Shown here one piece after another: positions 1 through 9,658 of a DNA stretch of 64,000 bases. This DNA comes from Hydrogenimonas sp. (GTDB taxonomy: Bacteria > Campylobacterota > Campylobacteria > Campylobacterales > Hydrogenimonadaceae), in contig QNYO01000025.1 in the NCBI GenBank assembly GCA_003978765.1, positions 7,303-71,302 of the forward strand, read 5' to 3'. The position numbers and the translations under genes are program-made. Below the pieces are notes generated by a model. It was not told the DNA's origin, did not search any database, and saw only the letters and a list, made by a program, of their open reading frames with translations. Positions within the stretch are counted from its first letter, which is position 1, and the number at the start of each line of letters is the position of its first letter.

Positions 1-18
1 ATGAGGAGTAACCATAGA

Positions 19-1224
19 TTAATTCGGGATAACAAGATGCTCCCCTATTTTAAGACGACTCTTTTCTAAACCGTTACGCGCTTTAAGTGTTGCCACCTGA
101 ATTCCAAACCGTTTGGCAATCTTCTCAAGTGAGTCACCTCTTCGTACTTTATAGTGCTGAATCGACCCACGTGGTACAGGAATAATCAACTTTTGGTTGG
201 GATAGATGATCGACTTTTTAATACGGTTAAAACCTAAAATGATCTTATATGATATACCATAACGCTTCGCAATATAGCGAAGATTCTCACCTGGTTTGAC
301 AGTATGGACCAAAAACATCTTCTTCTGCTCTCCTGGGTGGTAGGCCTCTTTAAACCTTGTTAACTTATTGTAAGGGATATTAATAGAGACACTCTTTTCT
401 GGTGGTGTAAACCAATACTTAAATTGGGGATTCAAACGTTTTAACTCTTTGGCTGTCATCCCAATTTGTCGGGCAATATGCTCAAGTGTCTCTCCACCAC
501 TCACTTTGACCCGTACCAAAGAGCGCCCTTCGGTACGGTTAAACATGTGGGGCTCTCCACCAAAAAAATAGACATCGGTATTATTTGCCACAAGTGCCAA
601 TGAGACAATCTTTCGGATATAGTTGCGATTCTCACGTGGAAGATACTTTTTATCTTCATCAAGAAGTACATGGAGTTCATCGCTTCCTGCCTTTTTAATC
701 GCCTCAAGCACTCGCCCCTCTCCTGTATTGTAGGCCAAAGCTGCCAAATACCATTTGCCAAAGAGAGCATAGAGCCGTTTGAGATAGGTAATGGCCGCCT
801 CTGTTGAACGAATTGGATCGCGCCGTTCATCGATATAGCGATCGATCTTCAAGCCATAACGTCGTGCTGTATCAGGCATAAATTGCCACAAACCACACGC
901 CTTGGCATTGGAGATCGCACTCGTATTAAAATGGGACTCTGCCATCGCCATATAGAGAAAGACTTGCGGAATATTGTTATCATGAATCATTTTACGCAGT
1001 GTCGGAATATAGAGTGCACCACGATTCAACATGGAAAGAAAAAAGTTACGTCGCTTTGTTGAGAGACTATTTTTTAACTTCACAAAGATAGGATCACGCA
1101 AAAAAGAGGATTCAATATCAAGTGTCTGAAGCACTTTAATATCATCACTATATTGCGGCTCCATAAAGAGTGATGCGTGTAAAAGTCCAGTCAAACCAAC
1201 AAAAAGGAACAGAATTTTTCTCAC
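19..1224 (-). CDS. mltD: Lytic murein transglycosylase with three LysM repeats (MltD family)
   Basis: SLT motifs AMAES, GLWQFMP, ALAYNTGEG; C-terminal LysM repeats (GETLEHIA, VKPGENLRYIA, VRRGDSLEKIA); GTG start. Confidence 0.9.
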   Translation of the reverse strand: MRKILFLFVGLTGLLHASLFMEPQYSDDIKVLQTLDIESSFLRDPIFVKLKNSLSTKRRNFFLSMLNRGALYIPTLRKMIHDNNIPQVFLYMAMAESHFNTSAISNAKACGLWQFMPDTARRYGLKIDRYIDERRDPIRSTEAAITYLKRLYALFGKWYLAALAYNTGEGRVLEAIKKAGSDELHVLLDEDKKYLPRENRNYIRKIVSLALVANNTDVYFFGGEPHMFNRTEGRSLVRVKVSGGETLEHIARQIGMTAKELKRLNPQFKYWFTPPEKSVSINIPYNKLTRFKEAYHPGEQKKMFLVHTVKPGENLRYIAKRYGISYKIILGFNRIKKSIIYPNQKLIIPVPRGSIQHYKVRRGDSLEKIAKRFGIQVATLKARNGLEKSRLKIGEHLVIPN

Positions 1225-1256
1225 AATACCCCCTGAAAAGGCACTATTATATCATC

Positions 1257-2042
1257 TTAGAGGTTGGAAAATGCTTGAAATAGCCGTTGACTATTCTCTG
1301 TTGTGATGGCTTCAACCTCTTCGACCGATTTTTCAAGAATTTCGGCCACCTTTTCAACTACAAAAACGGTGTACCAAGGCTCATTCCGTTTTCCCCGATG
1401 TGGATGAGGCGTTAGATAGGGTGTATCGGTCTCTATAATGATCCGATCGAGTGGGATTTTTGGTAAAACTTGGGGAAGTTTTCTTGCATTCTTGAATGTC
1501 AAAACCCCACCAATACCATAATAGAACCCATGATCGACCAGTTTTAGAAGTTGCTCATCTGCATTATAGCAGTGAAGGACACCACCTACCTCTTTGGCAC
1601 CATAATCGACCAACATCTGCAATGAATCACTGCTTGCATCACGAATATGGACAATCAAAGGCTTTTTAACCCGTTTTGCCAACTCAATTTGAGAGGCAAA
1701 AACACGCTTCTGTTCAGCAATCTCTTGAGCCTTCTCTTCTGTATCTTCAGGCAGACGAAAGTAATCAAGCCCACACTCACCCACAGCGATACACTTCTCA
1801 TCTTCAAGATAGTGCGACAGCTGATCTTCATCATACTTCTCTTTATCGTAGGGATGAACCCCTGCTGCAAAAAAGACCTCATCATAGTTGTGGGCAATCC
1901 TCTTAGCACGCTCCAATGTATCAGGGTCTGCACCTGGAATCAAAAACCCTTGAACACCATGCTCTTTAGCACGGGCAATCACCTCTTCAAGATCGTCATC
2001 AAAACGGCTATCATCCAGATGGCAGTGGGTATCGATAATCAT
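1257..2042 (-). CDS. tatD: TatD family deoxyribonuclease
   Basis: IIDTHCHL, GVHP, GECGLDY, ETDTPYLTP motifs. Confidence 0.95.
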   Translation of the reverse strand: MIIDTHCHLDDSRFDDDLEEVIARAKEHGVQGFLIPGADPDTLERAKRIAHNYDEVFFAAGVHPYDKEKYDEDQLSHYLEDEKCIAVGECGLDYFRLPEDTEEKAQEIAEQKRVFASQIELAKRVKKPLIVHIRDASSDSLQMLVDYGAKEVGGVLHCYNADEQLLKLVDHGFYYGIGGVLTFKNARKLPQVLPKIPLDRIIIETDTPYLTPHPHRGKRNEPWYTVFVVEKVAEILEKSVEEVEAITTENSQRLFQAFSNL

Positions 2043-3577
2043 ACAGCAAACTCCTTGAGTATATTTTGTGCCAATCCTGTGGCCTCTTTCATCCCCTTCT
2101 CTCCTGCAATCATGCGAGCAATCTCCATAACCCGCTCTTTGTCACTCAACACTTTGGCAACACTTTGACCACCCTCTTTAGTGACAAAGATATGCTGATT
2201 GGCTGCAGCACTCAAATGGGGCTGATGGGAAATGGCAATAATTTGATAGTTTTTCGATAACCGCTTCAGCAGTTTTGCAATGGCGATCGACTCATCACCG
2301 CTGACATTGGCATCGATCTCATCGATAAGCAAAATCCCTTCACCACCAGCCAACTCACTCTTACAAAGTAAAAGTGCCAATCGAATACGGTTAAACTCCC
2401 CACCACTCAGTGTCTCAATCGAGGAGCCTTGAAGGTCAATATTGACACGATCGATACCGAGCCGATCAAGCGGTTTGTCGGCAAAAAGAAACTGCAACTC
2501 TGCCATCCGAAGCTCTGCAAGGTAGCCATTGATAAAGTCGGCCACACGATCTGCAACCGCTCTTCTTTTGGCACGAATCGCTTCAGCTGACTGACGCAAA
2601 GAGAGGTAGAGGGTCTCAACCTCTCGCTCAAGATCACCCAACTCATGATCAATATTCCGGTAGTACTCCAACTCTTTGAGCTTCTCATCACGATAGGCCA
2701 ACGCCTCTTCAATTGAGCCGTAACGACGTTTCAAAGATGCAAGAGCTTCTATGCGATTCAACACCTGCTCCACATCCACCTCTTCAAGCTCTCCAACCAT
2801 CTCTTCTGCACGCTCAAACTCACTGCGGAGCATATTCATCGCTTCATTAAAAAGAATCGTATCACTCTCAATCAGTGCTAAGGCTTCAAGGACATCATCT
2901 TCTGCATCAAAGATGCGTGAAGCTTTTGCAATCGCTTCAGTGATCTTCTCCTTTTTGGAGAGCTTACGCTTAATCACCATCAACTCTTCATCTTCACCAG
3001 GCTTTGGAGCGATCTCATCGATTTTAGCAATCTCAAACTCTGCAAACTCTATCAACTCCTTCACCCGCTTCTCATCGGCTCGCATCGCTTCAAGCTTTTG
3101 GCGTTTCTCCTGATAGCTATCATACATTGTTTGGTAGGCTTCAAGCTCTTTGACAAAGTTGGCATCGTGACGCATTGCCATCGCATCGAGAAGCTGTAAC
3201 AGAAGTTCCGATGAGAGTTCATTATTACTGCGTTGTGCGATATGGCGCACCAAAACAGAGACCATCTCTTTTAAACGCCTCTTTGAGATCGTTAAATCAT
3301 TCAAAAAGTAGCGTACCTTTTCTCTTTTAACCGCACGGATAATGGTATCAGGCTCATCAGTCTCAAAACTTCCAAGATCAAGCAGATCACTATGGTGCAA
3401 AACCACTTCAGAGACTTCAGCCTGCACATCAGAGAGCCCAAAGAGTGCCAACAGTGACCCCATAAAGACCGATTTACCCGAACCACTTGGACCTGTAATC
3501 GCGATCAATCCAGGTTTTAAGGTTAAATCGAGTGTCTCAAAACCGATCAGATTTTTGGCATAGAAGCGTTCAATCAT
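2039..3577 (-). CDS. recN: DNA repair protein RecN
   Basis: Walker A GPSGSGKS, coiled coil, LSGGE signature, LLIDEID Walker B; start at ATGA overlap with NAD kinase stop; classic nadK-recN pair. Confidence 0.92.
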   Translation of the reverse strand: MIERFYAKNLIGFETLDLTLKPGLIAITGPSGSGKSVFMGSLLALFGLSDVQAEVSEVVLHHSDLLDLGSFETDEPDTIIRAVKREKVRYFLNDLTISKRRLKEMVSVLVRHIAQRSNNELSSELLLQLLDAMAMRHDANFVKELEAYQTMYDSYQEKRQKLEAMRADEKRVKELIEFAEFEIAKIDEIAPKPGEDEELMVIKRKLSKKEKITEAIAKASRIFDAEDDVLEALALIESDTILFNEAMNMLRSEFERAEEMVGELEEVDVEQVLNRIEALASLKRRYGSIEEALAYRDEKLKELEYYRNIDHELGDLEREVETLYLSLRQSAEAIRAKRRAVADRVADFINGYLAELRMAELQFLFADKPLDRLGIDRVNIDLQGSSIETLSGGEFNRIRLALLLCKSELAGGEGILLIDEIDANVSGDESIAIAKLLKRLSKNYQIIAISHQPHLSAAANQHIFVTKEGGQSVAKVLSDKERVMEIARMIAGEKGMKEATGLAQNILKEFAV

Positions 3578-4434
3578 CCCTGCCCCCATGAAAGTTTCTC
3601 ACGCAAAACATCAAAGTAGTTACGCTCCACACGGTGAATCAGACGCGCCCCAATGGATGCTTTTTTTATCAAAAGTGTATCACTCGGACCAAAGTCATAC
3701 TGCTCCTGCCCATCAATAATCACCAACGACTCCTTATCGGGTGTCTTAATCTCAATCTCAAAGTTTGCAGGAATTACAAGGGGTCGCTGGGTTAAGGAGT
3801 GTGGACAGATCGGTGTTAAAATAAAGGCATCGGTTAAAGGAAAGGTAACAGGTCCACCTGCGGCAAGATTATAGGCTGTCGATCCTGTCGGGGTTGAGAT
3901 AATGAGTCCATCTCCATAGTAAGCATTAAACCACTTTTTATCGATATAAGCATCCACTTGCACCATTTTAGAGATCGATGGACGGCTAATGACAAGATCA
4001 TTAAATGAGTAGAAGATCTTCTCCTCTTGACCATTTGAGAGTGTCCCTTCAATCATCATCCGCTCATCGATCCGATACTCACCTGTATAGAGTTTATCGA
4101 TAAAGGCTTCCACTTCGGTGGGATTAATATCGACCAAAAAGCCGAGTGTTCCGGCATTAATCCCTAAAATCGGTTTATGGTATTGGTAACTTCGACGTGC
4201 CAATGAGATGAGTGTACCATCCCCTCCAATACAGACCAAAATATCACTCGTTTTACACATCGAGGTAAACTCCTGTCCCAAAACACCAATCATTCCAGCA
4301 CTGATCGAATCAATTACTACCTCTGCACCATGACGTTCAAAGGCACTTTTAACCTCATAAAAGAGTGTTTTTAACTCAGGAGTTGAGGGTCTAAGAACAA
4401 TACCAACACGTCGAATCGTGAGTTTATCTTGCAC
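3574..4434 (-). CDS. nadK: NAD(+) kinase
   Basis: GGDGT, NDLV, DGLIISTPTGSTAYNLAAGGP motifs. Confidence 0.96.
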   Translation of the reverse strand: MQDKLTIRRVGIVLRPSTPELKTLFYEVKSAFERHGAEVVIDSISAGMIGVLGQEFTSMCKTSDILVCIGGDGTLISLARRSYQYHKPILGINAGTLGFLVDINPTEVEAFIDKLYTGEYRIDERMMIEGTLSNGQEEKIFYSFNDLVISRPSISKMVQVDAYIDKKWFNAYYGDGLIISTPTGSTAYNLAAGGPVTFPLTDAFILTPICPHSLTQRPLVIPANFEIEIKTPDKESLVIIDGQEQYDFGPSDTLLIKKASIGARLIHRVERNYFDVLREKLSWGQG

Positions 4435-4549
4435 GATAAAGCCTTATTTTTAATGTTTCATACCAGTTTCAAGGGGTTTAAAAATCTCTATAATTTCAAT
4501 CTTTTAGATTTTAATGCCAAAAGATTCTAACAAAAAATAAGTTTGGTTT

Positions 4550-4558
4550 TGATATAAT
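4550..4558 (+). promoter_or_regulatory. Extended -10 promoter (TGnTATAAT) of aspS
   Basis: TGATATAAT about 30 nt upstream of the TTG start, preceded by AT-rich tracts. Confidence 0.65.
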
Positions 4559-4587
4559 CGCCCCACTAACTAAGCGGAGAGAAGATT

Positions 4588-6357
4588 TTGCGAACACACT
4601 ACTGTACCGATCTAAATGAAAACCATGTCGGTGAAGATGTCACCCTCGCCGGCTGGGTCAATAGCTACCGTGACCACGGCGGCGTTATCTTTATCGACCT
4701 ACGTGACAAAACTGGGCTTATTCAGTTGGTCTGTGACCCTGCGGACAATGCAGAAGCGCATAAGGTTGCTTCTCAAATTCGGGATGAGTTTGTCCTGATT
4801 GCCAAAGGGAAAGTCAGACGACGTGGTGAAGGTCTCGAAAACCCACGCCTTGAAACGGGTAAAATCGAAGTGGTGATCGATGAACTGATTATCGAAAACC
4901 GCAGTGAACCGATGCCATTTACCCTTGGCGATCCTAATGTTAGCGAAGATATTCGCCTCAAGTATCGCTACCTCGATTTGCGTCAAAAAGAGATGTTCGA
5001 GACCTTTCAATTACGTTCTAAAGCGGCCATTGCCGCGCGTAACCTGCTTGATTCTCTTGGATTCCTTGAGGTTGAGACACCTATCTTGACCAAATCAACC
5101 CCAGAGGGTGCGCGCGACTATCTGGTCCCAAGCCGTGTTCATAATGGTGAGTTCTATGCACTTCCTCAATCACCTCAGCTCTTTAAGCAGTTGTTGATGG
5201 TGAGTGGCTTTGATCGCTACTTCCAGATCGCCAAATGTTTCCGTGACGAAGATCTTCGTGCAGATCGTCAGCCAGAGTTTACGCAGATCGATGTCGAGAT
5301 GAGCTTCTGTGATCAAGAAGATGTGATGAAGGTGGCAGAAGAGCTTCTCAAGGCGATCTTTGGTGCTTGCGGTTATGAGATTGAGATACCATTTAACCGT
5401 ATCACCTACCGTGAATCGATGGAGAAGTACGGTAATGACCGTCCTGACCTTCGCTTTGGGCTTGAATTGGTCGATGTGATCGATCTGTTTGAAAATTGCA
5501 GTAGCCCAATTTTTGCAGAGATTGCCCAATACAAAAAGCTCAACCGCATTAAAGCCCTCAAAGTTCCAGGTGGCGATAAAGCCTTCTCACGCAAAATCAT
5601 CAAAGAGCTTGAGAGCTTTGTAAGCAAGTTTGGTGCCAAAGGGCTTGCCTATATTCAAGTCAAAGAGGAGGGACTCAAAGGACCTATCCTTAAGTTCCTT
5701 AGCGACGAGGCAATCGAGACAATGAAGTCACGCCTTGATATGCAAGTGGGCGATATCGTCTTCTTTGGTGCGGGCGATCGAAAAACTGTTTGGGACTATA
5801 TGGGACGACTACGTACAGAGGTTGCAAAACGTCTGAACCTCATCGATGAGAATCGCTTTGAGTTTGTCTGGGTCGTTGACTTCCCAATGTTTGAACTTGA
5901 AGAGGGTGAAGTCCATATCAAAGCACTCCACCACCCATTCACCATGCCTAAGAATATCGATGAAGAGGATATTGAAGCGATCGATTCGATTGCTTACGAT
6001 GTTGTACTGAACGGTATTGAGCTAGGTGGAGGAAGTATCCGTATCCATAAGCTCGATATTCAGCGTAAAGTCTTTGAAATGCTTGGTATTGGTGAAGAGG
6101 AAGCGAATGAGAAGTTTGGCTTCTTGCTCGATGCACTCAAGTTTGGTGCACCACCACATGGTGGATTTGCCCTCGGCTTTGACCGTCTGATGATGCTTTT
6201 GACCAAAAAAGAGAGCATCCGTGATGTTATCGCCTTCCCTAAAACTCAGAGTGCAACCTGTCTACTCACCCAAGCACCAAGTGAAGTCGATGACGCACAG
6301 CTCAAAGAGCTCGGTATCAGAATTAGGAAACAACCAAAGATCGATGCGGCTGAGTGA
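4588..6357 (+). CDS. aspS: Aspartate-tRNA ligase (probably non-discriminating Asp/Asn type)
   Basis: [52 protein letters not shown] start. Confidence 0.97.
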   Translation: MRTHYCTDLNENHVGEDVTLAGWVNSYRDHGGVIFIDLRDKTGLIQLVCDPADNAEAHKVASQIRDEFVLIAKGKVRRRGEGLENPRLETGKIEVVIDELIIENRSEPMPFTLGDPNVSEDIRLKYRYLDLRQKEMFETFQLRSKAAIAARNLLDSLGFLEVETPILTKSTPEGARDYLVPSRVHNGEFYALPQSPQLFKQLLMVSGFDRYFQIAKCFRDEDLRADRQPEFTQIDVEMSFCDQEDVMKVAEELLKAIFGACGYEIEIPFNRITYRESMEKYGNDRPDLRFGLELVDVIDLFENCSSPIFAEIAQYKKLNRIKALKVPGGDKAFSRKIIKELESFVSKFGAKGLAYIQVKEEGLKGPILKFLSDEAIETMKSRLDMQVGDIVFFGAGDRKTVWDYMGRLRTEVAKRLNLIDENRFEFVWVVDFPMFELEEGEVHIKALHHPFTMPKNIDEEDIEAIDSIAYDVVLNGIELGGGSIRIHKLDIQRKVFEMLGIGEEEANEKFGFLLDALKFGAPPHGGFALGFDRLMMLLTKKESIRDVIAFPKTQSATCLLTQAPSEVDDAQLKELGIRIRKQPKIDAAE

Positions 6358-6580
6358 GGCAAAGCCAGGCGATCTTGTTAAGATCAAGGGATTTGAAGGC
6401 GGCTGTGACGATTTCAAATGCCGCCTTGAATCGCTTGGCATACGGATTGGTGACATTGTTGAAGTAAAGTCCAAAGCATTTTTGGGCCCGATTGAGATCA
6501 AAAATGATGATGTTGATCTCGCTTTATGTCGGGGGCAAGCGGAAAAGATTATTGTTAAACCCATTAAACTTCGCGCATGA
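6344..6580 (+). CDS. feoA: FeoA family SH3-like protein
   Basis: [10 protein letters not shown]...[10 protein letters not shown]...GPIEI...[12 protein letters not shown] pattern; start overlaps the aspS end. Confidence 0.85.
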   Translation: MRLSEAKPGDLVKIKGFEGGCDDFKCRLESLGIRIGDIVEVKSKAFLGPIEIKNDDVDLALCRGQAEKIIVKPIKLRA

Positions 6581-6595
6581 TCCTCAGTGGAGATT

Positions 6596-6710
6596 GCGCT
6601 GTATAGCTGTTTAAAAGCCTCTCATTCTCTCTTTAAATAGCTATGCAGCGCCTAAAGAGAGACGGGAGAAGATGGTAATATCACACCAGCTACCCTCTTC
6701 TCTCGTTTCT
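6596..6710 (+). other. Two tandem 20-bp RNA hairpins (structured intergenic element)
   Basis: 6596-6615 pairs with 6632-6651 (2 G-U); 6658-6677 pairs with 6691-6710 (2 G-U, 1 mismatch). Confidence 0.7.
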
Positions 6711-6756
6711 ATGATACACTTTGGGTCATGCACGAAGTTTAATTTAGGAGATTCTC

Positions 6757-7329
6757 ATGAAAAAACTATTTCTTATTATTGGTGCGCCAGGTAGTGGAAA
6801 GACAACTGACGCAGAGATTATTGCGGCAAACAATACAGATACGATTGTTCACTTTTCAACAGGTGAACTGCTTCGCGCTGAAGTAGCAAGTGGTTCAATG
6901 CTCGGACAAACGATTGATCGATACATTAGTCAAGGGAACCTTGTTCCACTTGAAATTGTTATCGATACCATTGTAAGTGCCATCAAGAAGAGTGATAAAC
7001 CTGTCATTTTGATCGATGGATTCCCACGCAGTGTTGAGCAGATGGAGTCACTTGATAAAATTCTTGCAGATGAGCCAGATGTTAAGCTTGAAGCGGTTAT
7101 TGAAGTCGATGTTAGTGAAGCGGTTGCGAAAGAGCGTGTTCTTGGACGGGCACGTGGTGCTGATGACAATGAAGAGGTCTTTAAAAACCGTATGAAAGTC
7201 TATACTGAGCCAATCGATGCGATCCGCAACTTCTATAAAGCGAAGAACCTCTTACACGTCATCAATGGTGAGCGTACGATTGAAGAGATCGTTGACGAGA
7301 TGGAAGCATTCATTAAAAGTAAGATCTAA
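6757..7329 (+). CDS. adk: Adenylate kinase (short form)
   Basis: [28 protein letters not shown] motifs. Confidence 0.96.
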   Translation: MKKLFLIIGAPGSGKTTDAEIIAANNTDTIVHFSTGELLRAEVASGSMLGQTIDRYISQGNLVPLEIVIDTIVSAIKKSDKPVILIDGFPRSVEQMESLDKILADEPDVKLEAVIEVDVSEAVAKERVLGRARGADDNEEVFKNRMKVYTEPIDAIRNFYKAKNLLHVINGERTIEEIVDEMEAFIKSKI

Positions 7330-8099
7330 TGCACTTCTACCAGGTCATTATCGGATCTGAAATCCTCAATCGTCGCAGAGACGATAAACACTTTGACTTT
7401 CTCTCCAATGCGCTTCTTGCGCGTGGAGAGAAACTCCACGCCTCATTCATTATCGAAGATGACACACAACTAATCGAGAATGTCTTTACCCTCATCAAAA
7501 ATGATCCGCAAAGCATTATGTTTAGCTTTGGTGGTATTGGCTCCACACCCGATGATCTGACACGCGAGATTGCGGCAAAAGTCTTTACCAACAGCCCATT
7601 GGTCGTTCATGAAGAGGCAAAAGCACGTATTCTCAAACAGTTTGGTGATGATGCCTATCCCCACCGTATCCATATGGCAGAGCTACCTCAAGGTGCTGAC
7701 CTGCTCGACAATCCTGTTAATAATGTTCCTGGGTTTAGCATCAACAACCGCTTCTTCTTTGTTCCAGGCTTTCCACAGATGGCACATCCAATGATTCAAC
7801 AGGCACTCACAACTCTTTTAAGAGATTCTAAACCACGCTATCGAAGAACCTTTACAGCACTTGTGAGTGAAAATGATCTGATCGAGATGATGCAAAAGGT
7901 TCCCAAAGAGGTGGAGCTCTCATCACTTCCTGCCTTCTGTGGTGATCGACGTATCGCTGTCATTAGCCTCAGTAGCAAAGATAAGGATATGGTTGATCAA
8001 TGGTATGATGCCTTTATCTCATTTATGCATGATCACAACATGGCATGGGTAGAAGGAGATAAGCATAATGACCCTGACCTATGCAACCCTGAGGCTTGA
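7329..8099 (+). CDS. Molybdopterin-binding / CinA-like (competence-damage inducible) protein
   Basis: IIGSEIL, GGIGSTPDDLT, VPGFP motifs. Confidence 0.85.
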   Translation: MHFYQVIIGSEILNRRRDDKHFDFLSNALLARGEKLHASFIIEDDTQLIENVFTLIKNDPQSIMFSFGGIGSTPDDLTREIAAKVFTNSPLVVHEEAKARILKQFGDDAYPHRIHMAELPQGADLLDNPVNNVPGFSINNRFFFVPGFPQMAHPMIQQALTTLLRDSKPRYRRTFTALVSENDLIEMMQKVPKEVELSSLPAFCGDRRIAVISLSSKDKDMVDQWYDAFISFMHDHNMAWVEGDKHNDPDLCNPEA

Positions 8100-8343
8100 T
8101 CTCCCTTTCGTTGCTTCTAAAAAGGGTCGGCGTGCCATTATCAATGCGATCAAAGATCGTATCGGTACACTCAACTGTTCGATTCTTGATATTTCAGGTG
8201 AATATCCTAAAGAGGCAGAGATTGCGATCGCCTTTCTCGCCTCTGACGAGCAGTCTGTCCAACAGAAGATCGAAAAGATTGAAACCATCCTTGCAACAAA
8301 ATTCCCTGAAGTTGAGATTGAACTCACCTATGAATCGATTTAA
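8068..8343 (+). CDS. DUF503 (YlxP-like) small protein
   Basis: L.LP...SKKGRR.II..IKDR pattern, 91 aa. Confidence 0.75.
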   Translation: MTLTYATLRLDLPFVASKKGRRAIINAIKDRIGTLNCSILDISGEYPKEAEIAIAFLASDEQSVQQKIEKIETILATKFPEVEIELTYESI

Positions 8344-8518
8344 AAGAAGATCTTACATCGTATGATACTTCTCTATAGAAACAGGTAGTAACATTTTTAA
8401 CTCTTTCCCCTATATTACGCCATTTTACCCCTCTCGTTCCAGGATATCAAACAGCCATAGCGCGTAAAAAGTATGCTACAATACCTCAATATCATACTTA
8501 AGTTAGCAGGAAGATTTT

Positions 8519-9658
8519 ATGTATCTTGACACCATGACATTTTGTCACGGAACGTGGAATTATGAAAAAAATCATATTATAAATAAAGAAGAGGCAGATA
8601 TTGTCTTTCTCTTTGGTCATCGAGATGTTTTTAAAGACCCTACATCCTATCACTCCTTACGTGCCCTCTATCCTAATGCTCATATTGTTGGCTGTACTTC
8701 CGGTGGAAATATCCTTGACGATACCCTTCGGGATGTATCACTGGTTGCGACGGCTGTCAAGTTTCATGCCGGTTTTACCCACCTCTCTGTTGCCGACTTT
8801 ACCGAAGAGGATAATTTGGTAGATATCAGTCAAAAACTTATTGAAGAGCTACCCAAAGAGGGGCTAAAACATATCTTTATTCTTGCAGATGGTCTGCGTA
8901 CCAATGGCTCATCCCTTGCCATTGGTGCCAATCGCGCCTACGATGGTATGCTTCCTATTACAGGGGGACTTGCAGGTGATGATAACCGCTTTGAAGAGAC
9001 CTGGATTATTGCTGATGATATTCCACGACAAGGGCGTATTGCGGCTGTCGGTTTTTATGGTGACACGATCAGTGTCAGTAGTGCCTGTTATGCTGGATGG
9101 GATGAGTTTGGTATTACACGGCGTATCACCCGTTCAAAAGGGAATATCGTCTATGAAATTGATCATCAACCTGCCCTAACCCTTTATAAAAAGTATCTTG
9201 GTGAGTTTGCCAACCAACTTCCAAGCAGTGCCCTACGTTTTCCTCTAAGTATCAAAGCCTCTGAAGAGGATAGACCGATTATCCGTTCCATTATGGCCAT
9301 CGATGAGTCAAATCAGTCACTCACCTTTGCAGGAGATGTTCCAGAGGGGAGTTTTGCACGTTTAATGAAGACCGATATTGATGGACTTATTGATGGATTA
9401 AAGAGTGTTGCTCAAAAGATGCGTCAAGATAACTCTCTTGATGCTCTTGGATTAGTTGTCAGTTGTGTTGGACGGCGTGTTGTTCTTGATCAACTCACCG
9501 ATGAAGAGCTTGAAACAATTCATGAAGCTGTTGGTGAGCATGTCCAGTTAGCTGGATTCTACTCTTATGGAGAGCTTGCCCCCTACTCTGATACACTTCA
9601 AACATGTCAACTCCATAATCAAACTATGACAATTACTGTTATTTATGAGGATGTCTAA
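8519..9658 (+). CDS. FIST N/C domain sensor protein (NosP-like)
   Basis: GCTSGG, GGLAGD, VYEID..PAL..Y, SCVGRR, GFYSYGE, LHNQT motifs. Confidence 0.92.
   Translation: MYLDTMTFCHGTWNYEKNHIINKEEADIVFLFGHRDVFKDPTSYHSLRALYPNAHIVGCTSGGNILDDTLRDVSLVATAVKFHAGFTHLSVADFTEEDNLVDISQKLIEELPKEGLKHIFILADGLRTNGSSLAIGANRAYDGMLPITGGLAGDDNRFEETWIIADDIPRQGRIAAVGFYGDTISVSSACYAGWDEFGITRRITRSKGNIVYEIDHQPALTLYKKYLGEFANQLPSSALRFPLSIKASEEDRPIIRSIMAIDESNQSLTFAGDVPEGSFARLMKTDIDGLIDGLKSVAQKMRQDNSLDALGLVVSCVGRRVVLDQLTDEELETIHEAVGEHVQLAGFYSYGELAPYSDTLQTCQLHNQTMTITVIYEDV

Noticed and set aside
1-15. Possible start of the next minus-strand gene after mltD
   Set aside because: Only five codons are visible, so it cannot be identified.
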